Counted from the first letter of the stretch, positions 9,971 through 19,668 are shown. The stretch is 64,000 bases of DNA from Candidatus Omnitrophota bacterium (GCA_035403965.1 DAONGE010000005.1:11009-75008); one strand, 5' to 3'. The notes: generated from the letters alone by a model not told the origin. Translations and numbers: made by a program.

Positions 9971-10821
9971 TGTCTCAAAACAGCGAAAAATTATATTTAA
10001 GCCCGACCGCCGCTCTTGTGATGAAATGGGCGTCCGGGCTTTATTGTGACGGTATCGCCGCGGAGTTTTTGAAAACGCTGGATCTATCTTCGGCGGATAG
10101 CCTGATAAATATGTGCAATAAGATATGTCCGTGGTACGGCGAGGTTATAATGAATAGGAAGGTATTTATAAAAAAAATAGTAACCGAAAGAATAACCGCG
10201 TATCCGGATTCACAGATAGTGTATCTTGCGGCGGGGCTGTCTCCTTTGGTGATGGAAGTGCTTGCAGAGAATCCCACGGTTGTGAGCAGAGTGTTCGAGA
10301 TAGATATACACAGCATGGATAAGAAGAAAAATATCTACGAAAGATTGATCCCCGATCTTTCCAAAAAAATAAATTGCTATCATGCCGATATAGCGTCCGG
10401 AATATTTGTGAACCTTCTCGATAAGGATAGCGACTTTTCGAAAGACCAGCCGACGATCGTCATCATGGAAGGTATAAGTTATTATCTCTCCAGGCAGGAG
10501 ATGGAAAAGATCCTGTCCGATTTTGTGTCTACGGACCGGAAAAATTTCATAATAATAGAATATCTGCTTCCCGATGAAAGCGTTTCGCCGGAAAAAAGGT
10601 ACATAGCCCAGCAGGTATTTCGTTTGATAAAGGAATTCTCCGGGCTCAGGGATATCGTGAAATATACGGGGGGCGATCTTAAAAATTTATTCATCGCCAG
10701 GAACGGGGGACTGACCGGGCATTATTCCATGAAAGAGATGGAATACGCCAGGCGCGGGGAAAATAAGTTTTTTAATTCCGCGAACAGCTGGTGGATAGAG
10801 TGTGTTACGGGTATTTTATGA
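9967..10821 (+). CDS. class I SAM-dependent methyltransferase (leucine carboxyl methyltransferase/TcmP-like)
   Basis: Start overlaps the upstream stop (ATGA). An LAAGL SAM-binding-like motif. Size and pattern match the LCM/TcmP O-methyltransferase family. Confidence 0.5.
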   Translation: MMSQNSEKLYLSPTAALVMKWASGLYCDGIAAEFLKTLDLSSADSLINMCNKICPWYGEVIMNRKVFIKKIVTERITAYPDSQIVYLAAGLSPLVMEVLAENPTVVSRVFEIDIHSMDKKKNIYERLIPDLSKKINCYHADIASGIFVNLLDKDSDFSKDQPTIVIMEGISYYLSRQEMEKILSDFVSTDRKNFIIIEYLLPDESVSPEKRYIAQQVFRLIKEFSGLRDIVKYTGGDLKNLFIARNGGLTGHYSMKEMEYARRGENKFFNSANSWWIECVTGIL

Positions 10822-10928
10822 CCCTAACCATAATCATTGATTTTTAAAACCCCGTTTAATATAATAAACGCGTGCGTTATCCTGTTTTTAAAGATATGAG
10901 GAAAAATGCGTAAAAATAAGGAGTTACA

Positions 10929-12374
10929 ATGCCATATAGAAGCGATAAAGAGACGAGAGCGATAACCAAAATTATATTGGAAGCTGGAGCGAAAGCGCGT
11001 AAAGAGACCGAAACCACGCCGGAACCGGATCTTACAAAGCCGATGGATTGGCCGGTAACATGCACCGTAGGCCCGGGCCTCGAGGGAGCGATCGCGTGCG
11101 AAACCAAGGTCGGTTACGTGAACGGGGCCAAAGGATGGCTGATATATCGCGGTTATGATATTTTTGAACTGTGCGCCTATTCGACGTTCGAGGAAGTGTC
11201 ATATCTTCTTTTGAACGGGAATCTGCCGACGCATTCGCAGCTTGAGGATTATAAAAATCAGCTGTTGAAGTATAGAAATATGAACAAGATGATGAGTATC
11301 CTGATGGGTTACCCGATCGAAAACATGAATTCTATGGCGGCTATAAGGCTTGGATCAAACCTGATGAGGTATGAACTTCTCGGCGCTGATGCGGAACATA
11401 TCAGGGATATGGAAACTCTCGGAAAGGTTATATCCTCCGACGAGGATTCTATCGCCATGGAAACCGTACCGAAGGGGGAAAAGAACGCCATCTATCATTT
11501 TGATAAAAGAGAGATGGATAGGTCCGAAATAAAAAAGATGGACACAAAGCTTGAGTCCGTAATGGGGCGCGAAAGCTGTTATCATCTGATCTCCGGGGTA
11601 GCGACCATAGCCGCGGCGGTTGCGAGGTTAAAAAAGAGACGGCTACCGTTAGAACCCGATCCCACGCTCAGTCACGCCGGGAATTTTCTTTATATGATGA
11701 CCGGCGAAAAACCGACCCCGCTCGAGGAAAGAGTAATGGACATCGCGCTCATACTTCACGCGGATCACGGTATGAACGCCAGCACGTTCGCCGCGATGGT
11801 CGTGGCTTCGACGCTCGCGGACATATATTTTTCAGTAGGGTCGGGAATAGCGGCTTTGAGCGGTCCGCTTCATGGCGGAGCGAATGAGCATGTGCTGTAT
11901 ATGCTGCGAGATATAGGTGGGTCGAAGAACGTAAAGAAATGGGTCAATAAAGCTATCAAAGAGAAAAAAAGGGTTATGGGGTTTGGGCACCGTGTGTACA
12001 AGGCGTATGATCCCCGTGCTAGGGTGCTTGGGCCGATAGCCGAATATTTGGCGCAACGTACCAGACATGTCAATGATGAGAACTGGAAGATGTTCCAGAC
12101 GGCGCAATCTCTTGAAAAAGAGATACTTGACGCGTTTGGTCGTGACAAAAGGATATTTCCTAACGTAGACTTTTATTCCGGGATCGTGTACTCCTGTATG
12201 GGTATACCTGCCGATATGTTCACACCGATATTCGCGGTAAGCCGTGTGTCTGGATGGACAGCTCGTGTAATGGAGTATCTTGAAAATAACAGGATATTCA
12301 GGCCGCGGGCTATGTATGTAGGTGCGTTTGACCGGAAATATGTTCAGGAAGAGGACAGAGAAGAAGTTAAATAA
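10929..12374 (+). CDS. citrate synthase family protein with N-terminal extension and internal insertion
   Basis: Citrate synthase signature (GPLHGGANE...GFGHRVYKAYDPRA). About 60 extra N-terminal residues and a roughly 50-aa insertion compared with typical sequences. Confidence 0.8.
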   Translation: MPYRSDKETRAITKIILEAGAKARKETETTPEPDLTKPMDWPVTCTVGPGLEGAIACETKVGYVNGAKGWLIYRGYDIFELCAYSTFEEVSYLLLNGNLPTHSQLEDYKNQLLKYRNMNKMMSILMGYPIENMNSMAAIRLGSNLMRYELLGADAEHIRDMETLGKVISSDEDSIAMETVPKGEKNAIYHFDKREMDRSEIKKMDTKLESVMGRESCYHLISGVATIAAAVARLKKRRLPLEPDPTLSHAGNFLYMMTGEKPTPLEERVMDIALILHADHGMNASTFAAMVVASTLADIYFSVGSGIAALSGPLHGGANEHVLYMLRDIGGSKNVKKWVNKAIKEKKRVMGFGHRVYKAYDPRARVLGPIAEYLAQRTRHVNDENWKMFQTAQSLEKEILDAFGRDKRIFPNVDFYSGIVYSCMGIPADMFTPIFAVSRVSGWTARVMEYLENNRIFRPRAMYVGAFDRKYVQEEDREEVK

Positions 12375-14091
12375 ATTTCTCAAAGTATTTTTCGATGTCT
12401 TCCCGGGAAACCGAGCTGTAATAATCGTCCAACATTTTGTTGAAATTTTTTGTGTCGAGATGCAAAAGCTTGCATTTTATATCGTTGAATTTCGACGGCG
12501 TTACGCTGAAATATCTCAGCCCCAAAGTCAACAGTATCGGGTAGAATTCTTCGAAAGCTGCGATCTCTCCGCATAGGCATGCTTCTTTTCCCTGTTTCAG
12601 GGCGGCATCGGCCACGACTTTTATAAGTTTAATCAAAGCGGGATGACAGATGTGATAGCGTTTTTCCGAAGCTATGTTCCCGCGTGTGGAAGCAAGTGTG
12701 TATTGGAGGAGATCATTAGATCCAATATTCACGAAATCCACCTGTTTCAATATTTCCTGTATCATCATTACCGCGCCCGGCGTTTCGATCATAACGCCTT
12801 CCAGAACGCTGTTCACGTCGAATGTTTTTTTCTCTTTTGTAAGATCCCGTATAGAGCTTTGAAGTATCGAACGAAAGACTTTAAGGTCATTTAAATCCGA
12901 TACCATCGGATAAAGAATCCGCAGGTTTGAATTTTTATTTGCCCGTAAAAGGGCTTTGATCTGGGAAGTGTAAAGTTTTGGGAAGGTTTCTACGGCCAGA
13001 GCGCCGCGTAGTTCAGCCCCGGGTGCGATATCAGACGGTAAACTGAGATATGACGGCATTTTGTCGGGGCCGATATCCAGAAGCCGTACTGTTATGGTGT
13101 TTTTAGTTTCTTTCGAAAAGACCTTGCTGTACAGCTCGAATTGTTCGTCTTCAGACGGAGGTGTTTTTCGACCGGTGAAAAGGAATTCGGTTCTTAGAAG
13201 CCCGATGCCTTCGTGATTGAGTTCTTTCGCAAAACCAAATTCGTCCGGGGTGCTGATGTTGAGTTTAAGAAATATCCGAATGCCCGTTTTTGTCTGTGTC
13301 GCGAGTTCTTTATTGATCCCGCATATGTATTTTTGTTTCTGTATGGTCTCCATCTTTTTGTCGTAGTATGATTCGGTTTCGGTGTCAGGTGCTATGACCA
13401 CTTTTCCAAGCGAACCGTCTACGATAACCTTTGACCCGCAATTAAGTTCTTTTTCCACGTTTGTTATCCCGAAGATGATAGGTACGCCGTAAGATCTCGC
13501 TAATATCGTGGCGTGACTAGTGAATCCGCCCTTTTCAGTGATGAAAGCGAGTACGCGTTCACGCGGGATTTGTAATACCATCGACGGGGTAAGCCGTTTC
13601 GCGGCTATTATGACAGCAGTATCGCATCCGATAGAACATTTGAATTTACCGGTTCCGGTGCCCAGTGTTTCAAGCAGACGGTTGCGGGTGTCGATAAAGT
13701 CGTGTATCAGTTCGCCAAAGTGTCCGGTCTGCGAATGGTATTTTTCGATATATTCGTCAAAAACCGAACTGATCGCATGTTCCGTATTTATTAGTTTTGA
13801 TGAAATAAGTCCGGTTACTTTTGTGTACAGGTTGTCATCGCACAGCATCGCAAGATGCGCGGACAGGATATCAGCCGCATCGGGGCCGGATTTTGAACGG
13901 GCGTTATTTATCATTGTTCTCATTTTTTCGCGTGATGTTTCAAAGGCGAACTGGCACCGGTCAAGCTCGTTTTTTAAAGAGGTTTTTTTAATAAAATAGT
14001 AGGGGACAGGGGTATCCGTTTCGGTTGAATATACACAAACAAGGCCTTTTACTATGCCGGCCGCGGCCGAAACGCCTTTTAAGGTCTTCAT
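12367..14091 (-). CDS. ptsI: phosphoenolpyruvate-protein phosphotransferase (PTS enzyme I)
   Basis: Phosphohistidine domain (GGFTSHATILARSYGVPIIFG) and PEP-binding domain (GLLRTEFLF). The start is chosen at an internal Met (MKTLKGVSAAAG) matching EI N-termini. Converges on the citrate synthase stop. Confidence 0.8.
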   Translation of the reverse strand: MKTLKGVSAAAGIVKGLVCVYSTETDTPVPYYFIKKTSLKNELDRCQFAFETSREKMRTMINNARSKSGPDAADILSAHLAMLCDDNLYTKVTGLISSKLINTEHAISSVFDEYIEKYHSQTGHFGELIHDFIDTRNRLLETLGTGTGKFKCSIGCDTAVIIAAKRLTPSMVLQIPRERVLAFITEKGGFTSHATILARSYGVPIIFGITNVEKELNCGSKVIVDGSLGKVVIAPDTETESYYDKKMETIQKQKYICGINKELATQTKTGIRIFLKLNISTPDEFGFAKELNHEGIGLLRTEFLFTGRKTPPSEDEQFELYSKVFSKETKNTITVRLLDIGPDKMPSYLSLPSDIAPGAELRGALAVETFPKLYTSQIKALLRANKNSNLRILYPMVSDLNDLKVFRSILQSSIRDLTKEKKTFDVNSVLEGVMIETPGAVMMIQEILKQVDFVNIGSNDLLQYTLASTRGNIASEKRYHICHPALIKLIKVVADAALKQGKEACLCGEIAAFEEFYPILLTLGLRYFSVTPSKFNDIKCKLLHLDTKNFNKMLDDYYSSVSREDIEKYFEKFI

Positions 14092-14246
14092 TGCCTTCCT
14101 TTGTTCTGGAAAACGGACTGACAAACTGTATTCTATCAGGCGAGGTGAATTTTGACAATAATTATTAGTGCCGGCCGGAGAGAAAAAATTTAGCCAATAT
14201 GCAAAATGCCGGTATAATATATACGACGATATGCCGGGAGGAACAT

Positions 14247-14834
14247 ATGGCGCAAAATCTGGATCTTCAAGCGATAGCCACTACGCTTTTGGGGGCAGCA
14301 GAAAAAACTTTTACTACATTGTGCGGACGGAGTCTCAGCGGGAGTACAAATCTTAAAAAAACCGATATCATTACGTGGCGGCATAAAATGAAGGTTTTTG
14401 CCTGGGAGAAATTCCATGAGCCGACATATGTGTCCGTGATATATTTTTTCAAAGACGATGCTGCGGCACAGGCGCAAAAACCCATCGGGTCCATTATTCT
14501 TTATCTTGAACGGAAAGAAGCGTGTGCTCTCTTGAAATCTATGGGTCTTGAGGTGGCGGAATCAAATATAGATTACGATACCACTAAGGTGTCTAACGGA
14601 GAAAAGACCTTGCTTGATAGCTGCGGCGAACTATGCAATATAATCGCTGGGACTTTTAAAACCGAGCTTTGTTCATTGGGATACCCGGAGTTTATTATAT
14701 CCCCTCCGTCGAATTTTGTTAACGAAGTCGACGACCTGCCGTATAACGAAAGCGTGAGCGTGAAACACGAGATGTTTGTACCAATAGGGGAAAAAGAAGC
14801 GATATATATTGATGTTATTTTGCCGGTCTTTTAG
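14247..14834 (+). CDS. CheX/CheC-family chemotaxis phosphatase-like protein
   Basis: Conserved GELCNIIAGTFKT (ExxN) motif of the CheC/CheX/FliY phosphatase family. RBS before ATG 14247. Confidence 0.6.
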   Translation: MAQNLDLQAIATTLLGAAEKTFTTLCGRSLSGSTNLKKTDIITWRHKMKVFAWEKFHEPTYVSVIYFFKDDAAAQAQKPIGSIILYLERKEACALLKSMGLEVAESNIDYDTTKVSNGEKTLLDSCGELCNIIAGTFKTELCSLGYPEFIISPPSNFVNEVDDLPYNESVSVKHEMFVPIGEKEAIYIDVILPVF

Positions 14835-14955
14835 TTTTTATCGTGACTGGTTTGCAATATTTCTGGCAGCAGGGTATTATAGTTTAAGTGTATGTGGTCC
14901 CGCAGTTTTTTGGGTTTTACCATAGTATGATCGAAATAAATTTTCTGGAGGATAT

Positions 14956-15369
14956 ATGAAAATTCTTGTTGTCGATGACTCTGCGGTACAGCGCAAGATG
15001 ATAATAAATATTATAAGAAAAGCCGGGTTTGAACATGAAGCTCTTGAGGCCGAGAACGGAAAGGTCGCCATTGGCGTAGTTGGTCAGAATTATAAGGATA
15101 TATGTCTTATTCTATGTGATTGGAATATGCCGGTAATGACAGGTATTGATTTTATCCAGGGGATGTCGAAGGTCCCCGCGGTGGCCAGTATACCGATAAT
15201 CATGGTTACTACAGAAGGGACCGAAGACAAGATAGAACAGGCGTACAGTACGCATCCCAATTTGCAGGGGTATGTCGTAAAGCCGTTCACGCCTGAGCAG
15301 CTTAAATTGAAGATCGCGCCGTTCCTGGAGAAAAATCCGGTACAGGGACAGCCGGCTCCTCCGGCATAG
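14956..15369 (+). CDS. CheY-like single-domain response regulator
   Basis: Receiver domain (MKILVVDDS...ILCDWNMPVMTG...VVKPF). Confidence 0.85.
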   Translation: MKILVVDDSAVQRKMIINIIRKAGFEHEALEAENGKVAIGVVGQNYKDICLILCDWNMPVMTGIDFIQGMSKVPAVASIPIIMVTTEGTEDKIEQAYSTHPNLQGYVVKPFTPEQLKLKIAPFLEKNPVQGQPAPPA

Positions 15370-15423
15370 TGTTTGGGCCGTTTAAGTTTAAGGGAGTATT
15401 TACAATACTGACAGGGGGATATC

Positions 15424-16023
15424 GTGGAATTAAAAGATAAATTGTCACAATGTTTGATAAATTCGACATCCGAGGTTTTCAGTACGGCATTATCTATGAG
15501 CCCGATAATAATGGCCAGATCAGGCGATGTTAAAAGCGAGGATAAAAAAGAGATAATAGCTGCTATCGGTTTGGCCGGTTCTTTGGAAGGATCTCTTGTG
15601 GTATGCACTACGAACTCGTCTGCGGCGTCGGTTGTATCAAAAATGCTTGGTTGTGATGTTGCTGCCGGTAGTCAGGATTCCTTCGATGGTCTTGGCGAGG
15701 TGACAAATATGCTAGCAGGTGGATTTAAGACAAGGATATCGACGGAAGGACATTCTTTCGAGATAAGTATTCCAACGGTTATAAGTGGGGCCAGCCCGTT
15801 GCATGTGTGTAAACCGCATAAAGCGGAGATCATACAGTTGTTTGTGGATTGTTCCGAGGTGAATTTTGACTTGTATCTTTTTTATACTCTAAAAAGTTCA
15901 CCTTCTATTTCTGGAGCGGGTGCTTCGAAGATGTCGAATCCTGCCAGTAAGGTTGATCCGAAATCATCGGCTGTGCCAGCTAGTGATAATCCCGAAGATC
16001 TGCTCAAAGGGCTTATAGGTTAA
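15424..16023 (+). CDS. CheX-family chemotaxis phosphatase
   Basis: GEVTNMLAGGFKT ExxN motif. Size and context consistent with CheX. Confidence 0.65.
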   Translation: MELKDKLSQCLINSTSEVFSTALSMSPIIMARSGDVKSEDKKEIIAAIGLAGSLEGSLVVCTTNSSAASVVSKMLGCDVAAGSQDSFDGLGEVTNMLAGGFKTRISTEGHSFEISIPTVISGASPLHVCKPHKAEIIQLFVDCSEVNFDLYLFYTLKSSPSISGAGASKMSNPASKVDPKSSAVPASDNPEDLLKGLIG

Positions 16024-16218
16024 ACCTGCAGAACGATATGACACATCGATAGAACATTTCTAATCTGTCCGACTGTTTTTTTGTGTAAAAATTCAACGGT
16101 AAGTCGTGAAATAGCGGCCATTTAAAGTTAATTGACAATTAAAGGCTGTTATGATAGTTTACATCTTTACAAAACGGTGTTTTTTTGTGTTTTTAGTATT
16201 GTTTGGGTGAAGGTATCT

Positions 16219-16292
16219 GGTGCGGTGGCCGAGTAGTTAGGCAGCGGTCTGCAAAACCGCGTACATCGGTGCGATTCCGATCCGCACCTCCA
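16219..16292 (+). tRNA. tRNA-Cys (GCA)
   Basis: Cloverleaf read by eye. Acceptor stem GGTGCGG/CCGCACC. Anticodon stem GCGGT/ACCGC with loop CTGCAAA. T-arm ATCGG-TGCGATT-CCGAT. Encoded CCA. Confidence 0.85.
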
Positions 16293-16352
16293 TTTTCGTG
16301 AATAGCGAAAATGGCATATAAGTGAATGAGATTTGGAATTCGATTTCTGTGT

Positions 16353-16438
16353 GGGCGAGTGGCGAAATGGCAGACGCAAAGGACTTAAAATCCTTCGGCC
16401 TCACGGCCATGAGGGTTCGAGTCCCTCCTCGCCCACCA
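16353..16438 (+). tRNA. tRNA-Leu (TAA)
   Basis: Acceptor GGGCGAG/CTCGCCC, anticodon loop CTTAAAA, long variable arm, T-arm GAGGG-TTCGAGT-CCCTC, encoded CCA. Confidence 0.85.
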
Positions 16439-16508
16439 GTATCGAACTTTTGTGATAGAATTTTGTGTACGTTTGTAAAACTTTTAATTATAATATGATA
16501 GCTTTGGA

Positions 16509-16585
16509 GGGCGGTTAGCTCAGTTGGTTAGAGCGCCACGTTGACATCGTGGAGGTCACTGGTTCGAGCCCAGTATCGCCCACCA
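16509..16585 (+). tRNA. tRNA-Val (GAC)
   Basis: GGGCGGTTAGCTCAGTTGGTTAGAGC D-arm. Anticodon stem CCACG/CGTGG with loop TTGACAT. T-arm CTGGTTCGAGCCCAG. Encoded CCA. Confidence 0.85.
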
Positions 16586-16677
16586 TTTGATTTTGTCTTA
16601 GAGAAAACAGCTATTGAAAAAAGAAGACAGGCAATGTTTTTTGGAGTAGGGAAGAGAAAAAAAGGAAATGTATATAA

Positions 16678-18411
16678 ATGGCTAAAAAGGTTGATGAAAA
16701 TCTTGTGATATTGCGGCACAGCGCAGCGCATGTTATGGCGGATGCCGTTAAAAGGCTTTATCCTGGCGTGAAACTTGGAATAGGTCCGGCAATAGAGGAC
16801 GGTTTCTATTACGATTTTGACTGCAGCAAAGCGCTGACGGTCGATGATCTCGCGAATATCGAAAAGGAAATGGCTCGTATAGTCGGGCAGAATCTGAAGT
16901 TCGAACGTAAGGTTGTGTCTAAAAAAGACGCTGAGAAAATCTTTCGCGAACGCGGTGAAAGTTATAAAGTCGAGCTTCTCGCGGATCTGGGAGAGGATCA
17001 GGAAATTACGATATATTCTCACGGCGATTTCATGGATCTTTGCCGCGGACCACATATCGGCAGTACCGGCGAAATAAAGGCTTTTAAGCTTCTTGCCGTA
17101 GCTGGCGCGTATTGGAGAGGTTCCGAGGAGAACGCGATGCTTCAAAGAATATATGGGACCGCGTTCGCTTCTCAGGAAGAATTGGAAAACTATTTGAAAT
17201 TGCGTGAAGAAGCTCTTAAACGGGATCACCGTAAACTTGGCAAGGAGCTCGATCTTTTCAGTTTTAATGATATATCCGGTGCGGGGCTTGTTCTTTATCA
17301 TCCGAAAGGGGCCATGCTCCGTCAGTTGGTGGTCGATTATATAACCGAGAAACATCTTGAAAAAAACTATCAGCTTATATACAGCCCACATATAATGAAA
17401 CGTGATATATGGATACGTTCCGGGCATTACGATTATTACAAAGAGAATATGTATTTTTTTGAAAGCGATAAGCAGGAATATGCCGTAAAACCGATGAATT
17501 GTCCGGGACATATACTGGTCTATGCTTCGAGGACCAGAAGCTATAAAGAATTTCCGATCAGATATTTTGAATTGGGGAATGTGTATAGGCATGAAAAATC
17601 CGGCGTTCTCCACGGACTTCTGCGAGTAAGAGGTTTTACGCAGGATGATGCGCACATCTTCTGCCTTAGAGATCAGGTTGTGTCCGAGATAAATAATGTA
17701 ATAGATTTCGTAAAAGAGACTTTACATATTTTCGGTTTTGGGGAATTTGAGGTGGAGTTAAGTACGCGCCCGGAAAAATCCATCGGGACGGATGCGGATT
17801 GGGAGCAGGCGACGTTGGCGCTCAAAAACGCGCTGGATACGCGCGGGTTGAAGTATGATATCAACGAAGGTGACGGTGCTTTTTACGGGCCGAAAATAGA
17901 TATCAAGCTTAAGGACGCAATCGGGCGATCTTGGCAATGCGCTACGATACAATGTGATTTCAATCTTCCCGAGCGGTTCGATTTGAAGTATATTGATTCG
18001 GACGGAAAAGAAAAAAGGCCGATCATGCTTCACCGTGTTATATTGGGAAGCCTTGAGCGGTTCATAGGGGCGCTTATCGAGAATTATAGCGGGAACTTCC
18101 CACTATGGCTGGCTCCGGTGCAGGTCATGGTAATACCGATATCCGAGGCTCATGCCGAGTATGCGTTGAAATTACGGGATATGTTGCATAGAAATAGGAT
18201 AAGAGTGGAGATAGATCTGAGAGCCGAAAAAATGCAGAGAAAGATCAGGGATGCTGAGTTGGATAAGATCCCGTATATGGCGATAGTAGGAAAGAAAGAA
18301 ATGGAATCAGGAACGGTTTCGGTCAGGTCCAGAAAAGAAGGGGATCTAGGCGCTATCTCGTTGGACGCGTTTATGGGAAAATTGTCGAGCGATATAGAAA
18401 GTAAGAAGTAA
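16678..18411 (+). CDS. thrS: threonyl-tRNA synthetase (short form lacking the N-terminal TGS domain)
   Basis: Second-domain HSAAHVMA motif at the N-terminus. Class II catalytic core and C-terminal anticodon-binding domain. 577 aa versus about 640 typical. Confidence 0.9.
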   Translation: MAKKVDENLVILRHSAAHVMADAVKRLYPGVKLGIGPAIEDGFYYDFDCSKALTVDDLANIEKEMARIVGQNLKFERKVVSKKDAEKIFRERGESYKVELLADLGEDQEITIYSHGDFMDLCRGPHIGSTGEIKAFKLLAVAGAYWRGSEENAMLQRIYGTAFASQEELENYLKLREEALKRDHRKLGKELDLFSFNDISGAGLVLYHPKGAMLRQLVVDYITEKHLEKNYQLIYSPHIMKRDIWIRSGHYDYYKENMYFFESDKQEYAVKPMNCPGHILVYASRTRSYKEFPIRYFELGNVYRHEKSGVLHGLLRVRGFTQDDAHIFCLRDQVVSEINNVIDFVKETLHIFGFGEFEVELSTRPEKSIGTDADWEQATLALKNALDTRGLKYDINEGDGAFYGPKIDIKLKDAIGRSWQCATIQCDFNLPERFDLKYIDSDGKEKRPIMLHRVILGSLERFIGALIENYSGNFPLWLAPVQVMVIPISEAHAEYALKLRDMLHRNRIRVEIDLRAEKMQRKIRDAELDKIPYMAIVGKKEMESGTVSVRSRKEGDLGAISLDAFMGKLSSDIESKK

Positions 18412-18428
18412 TTAACAGGAGGTGTGTT

Positions 18429-18977
18429 ATCAATATAGCTAGGCCGGGATTTAGTAGGTACAGAAACAGAGATGACGGAGTAAGAATAAATTTTGAGATA
18501 AGGGTTCCAAAGATCAGATTGATAGATGACGAGGGGAACCAGATCGGAGTGGTCGATACTGGCGTAGGGCTGGAAAAAGCCAGAGAGCGTGGGTTGGATC
18601 TAGTTGAGGTCGCCTCGACGACGGATCCTCCTGTTTGCAGGATAATGGATTACGGTAAATATAAATATGAGCAGGAAAAGAAGAAAAAAGTAGCGAAAAA
18701 ACATCAGCATGCTATACAGGTTAAAGAAATAAGGTTCAAACCATCTATCGAAGAAAACGATTACATGGTAAAAATAAAACACATAAAAGAGTTTTTGGAG
18801 AACAAAGATAAAGTACAGGTCACTTTGCGGCTCAGGGGCAGAGAGCTGGCGCACAAAGAGCTGGGGATACAACTTCTGAACAAAGTGGCGAGCGATGTAG
18901 CGGCGTGGGGCGAAATAGATTCGGCCCCCAAGTCCATGGGTGGGACTGTAATAATGACGATCAACCCGAAGAAATAG
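18429..18977 (+). CDS. infC: translation initiation factor IF-3, non-AUG start
   Basis: The IF-3 sequence (…[24 protein letters not shown]…[15 protein letters not shown]…) extends upstream of the tracked TTG at 18519, in frame with no stop. SD AGGAGG at 18417-18422 is followed 6 nt later by ATC (18429); ATA follows at 18435. This is the classic autoregulatory AUU-type start. Confidence 0.75.
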   Translation: MNIARPGFSRYRNRDDGVRINFEIRVPKIRLIDDEGNQIGVVDTGVGLEKARERGLDLVEVASTTDPPVCRIMDYGKYKYEQEKKKKVAKKHQHAIQVKEIRFKPSIEENDYMVKIKHIKEFLENKDKVQVTLRLRGRELAHKELGIQLLNKVASDVAAWGEIDSAPKSMGGTVIMTINPKK

Positions 18978-18993
18978 CGAAAGGGGTATTAAT

Positions 18994-19191
18994 ATGCCGA
19001 AGATGAAAACGAATAAAGGTGTTGCGAAAAGGTTCAAAATGAATAAACGCGGTAAAGTCAAAAGGTCGCATGCGGGGAAGAGACACATATTGACGAAAAA
19101 GAACCGCAAAAGAAAGCGGAACCTCCGGCATGCCGGATTTGTCGACAAAACGATGCAGCCGGCTCTTAAGAAACTATTGCCGTATGGATAA
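18994..19191 (+). CDS. rpmI: 50S ribosomal protein L35
   Basis: [15 protein letters not shown]… 65 aa, basic. Confidence 0.9.
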   Translation: MPKMKTNKGVAKRFKMNKRGKVKRSHAGKRHILTKKNRKRKRNLRHAGFVDKTMQPALKKLLPYG

Positions 19192-19268
19192 GCATGATGT
19201 GCGGTGCATGATGCTTTTATCGTTGTTAGACCGAGAATGAGTGAGTAGATAAATCAAGGAGCAGTAAG

Positions 19269-19616
19269 ATGCCAAGAGTAAAACATGCAGTAAGTTCACG
19301 TAGACACAGAAAAAAAACGCTTAAGGCGGCGAAAGGCCATTATAGTGCCAGGCATAGACAGTACAGGATAGCCAAAGAGTCCGCTATTAAAGGCCTGATC
19401 CGGAACTATGTTCACAGAAAGCTTGAGAAGAGGGAATTCAGGCAGCTTTGGATAACCAGGATCAACGCGGCTTGTGAGGAAGTGGGTATATCCTACAGCA
19501 AATTTATGGCGGTTCTCAAGAAGGCCGGCATACTTTTGAACAGAAAAATGCTTGCTGATCTGGCAGTTGTTGATAGGTCAGGTTTCAATGCGCTTGCCGA
19601 TCTAGCTAAGAAATAA
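19269..19616 (+). CDS. rplT: 50S ribosomal protein L20
   Basis: MPRVKHAVSSRRHRKK…. Confidence 0.9.
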   Translation: MPRVKHAVSSRRHRKKTLKAAKGHYSARHRQYRIAKESAIKGLIRNYVHRKLEKREFRQLWITRINAACEEVGISYSKFMAVLKKAGILLNRKMLADLAVVDRSGFNALADLAKK

Positions 19617-19633
19617 CTGAGCCATGCTGAAAG

Positions 19634-19668
19634 GCCCGGCGAATGATCCGGGCCTTTTCCGTTATCTT
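19634..19668 (+). terminator. intrinsic terminator/attenuator between rplT and pheS
   Basis: GGCCCGG-CGAATGAT-CCGGGCC perfect 7-bp GC stem followed by TTTTCC, inside the 77-nt rplT-pheS spacer. Confidence 0.6.

Noticed and set aside
12322-12576. 84-aa + strand ORF past the citrate synthase stop, overlapping the ptsI 3' end
   Set aside because: Lies within the convergent overlap of two well-supported genes and is antisense to ptsI.
16528-17655. 375-aa minus-strand ORF overlapping tRNA-Val and the 5' part of thrS
   Set aside because: Overlaps a tRNA gene and is antisense to the highly conserved thrS. Product has no recognisable features.
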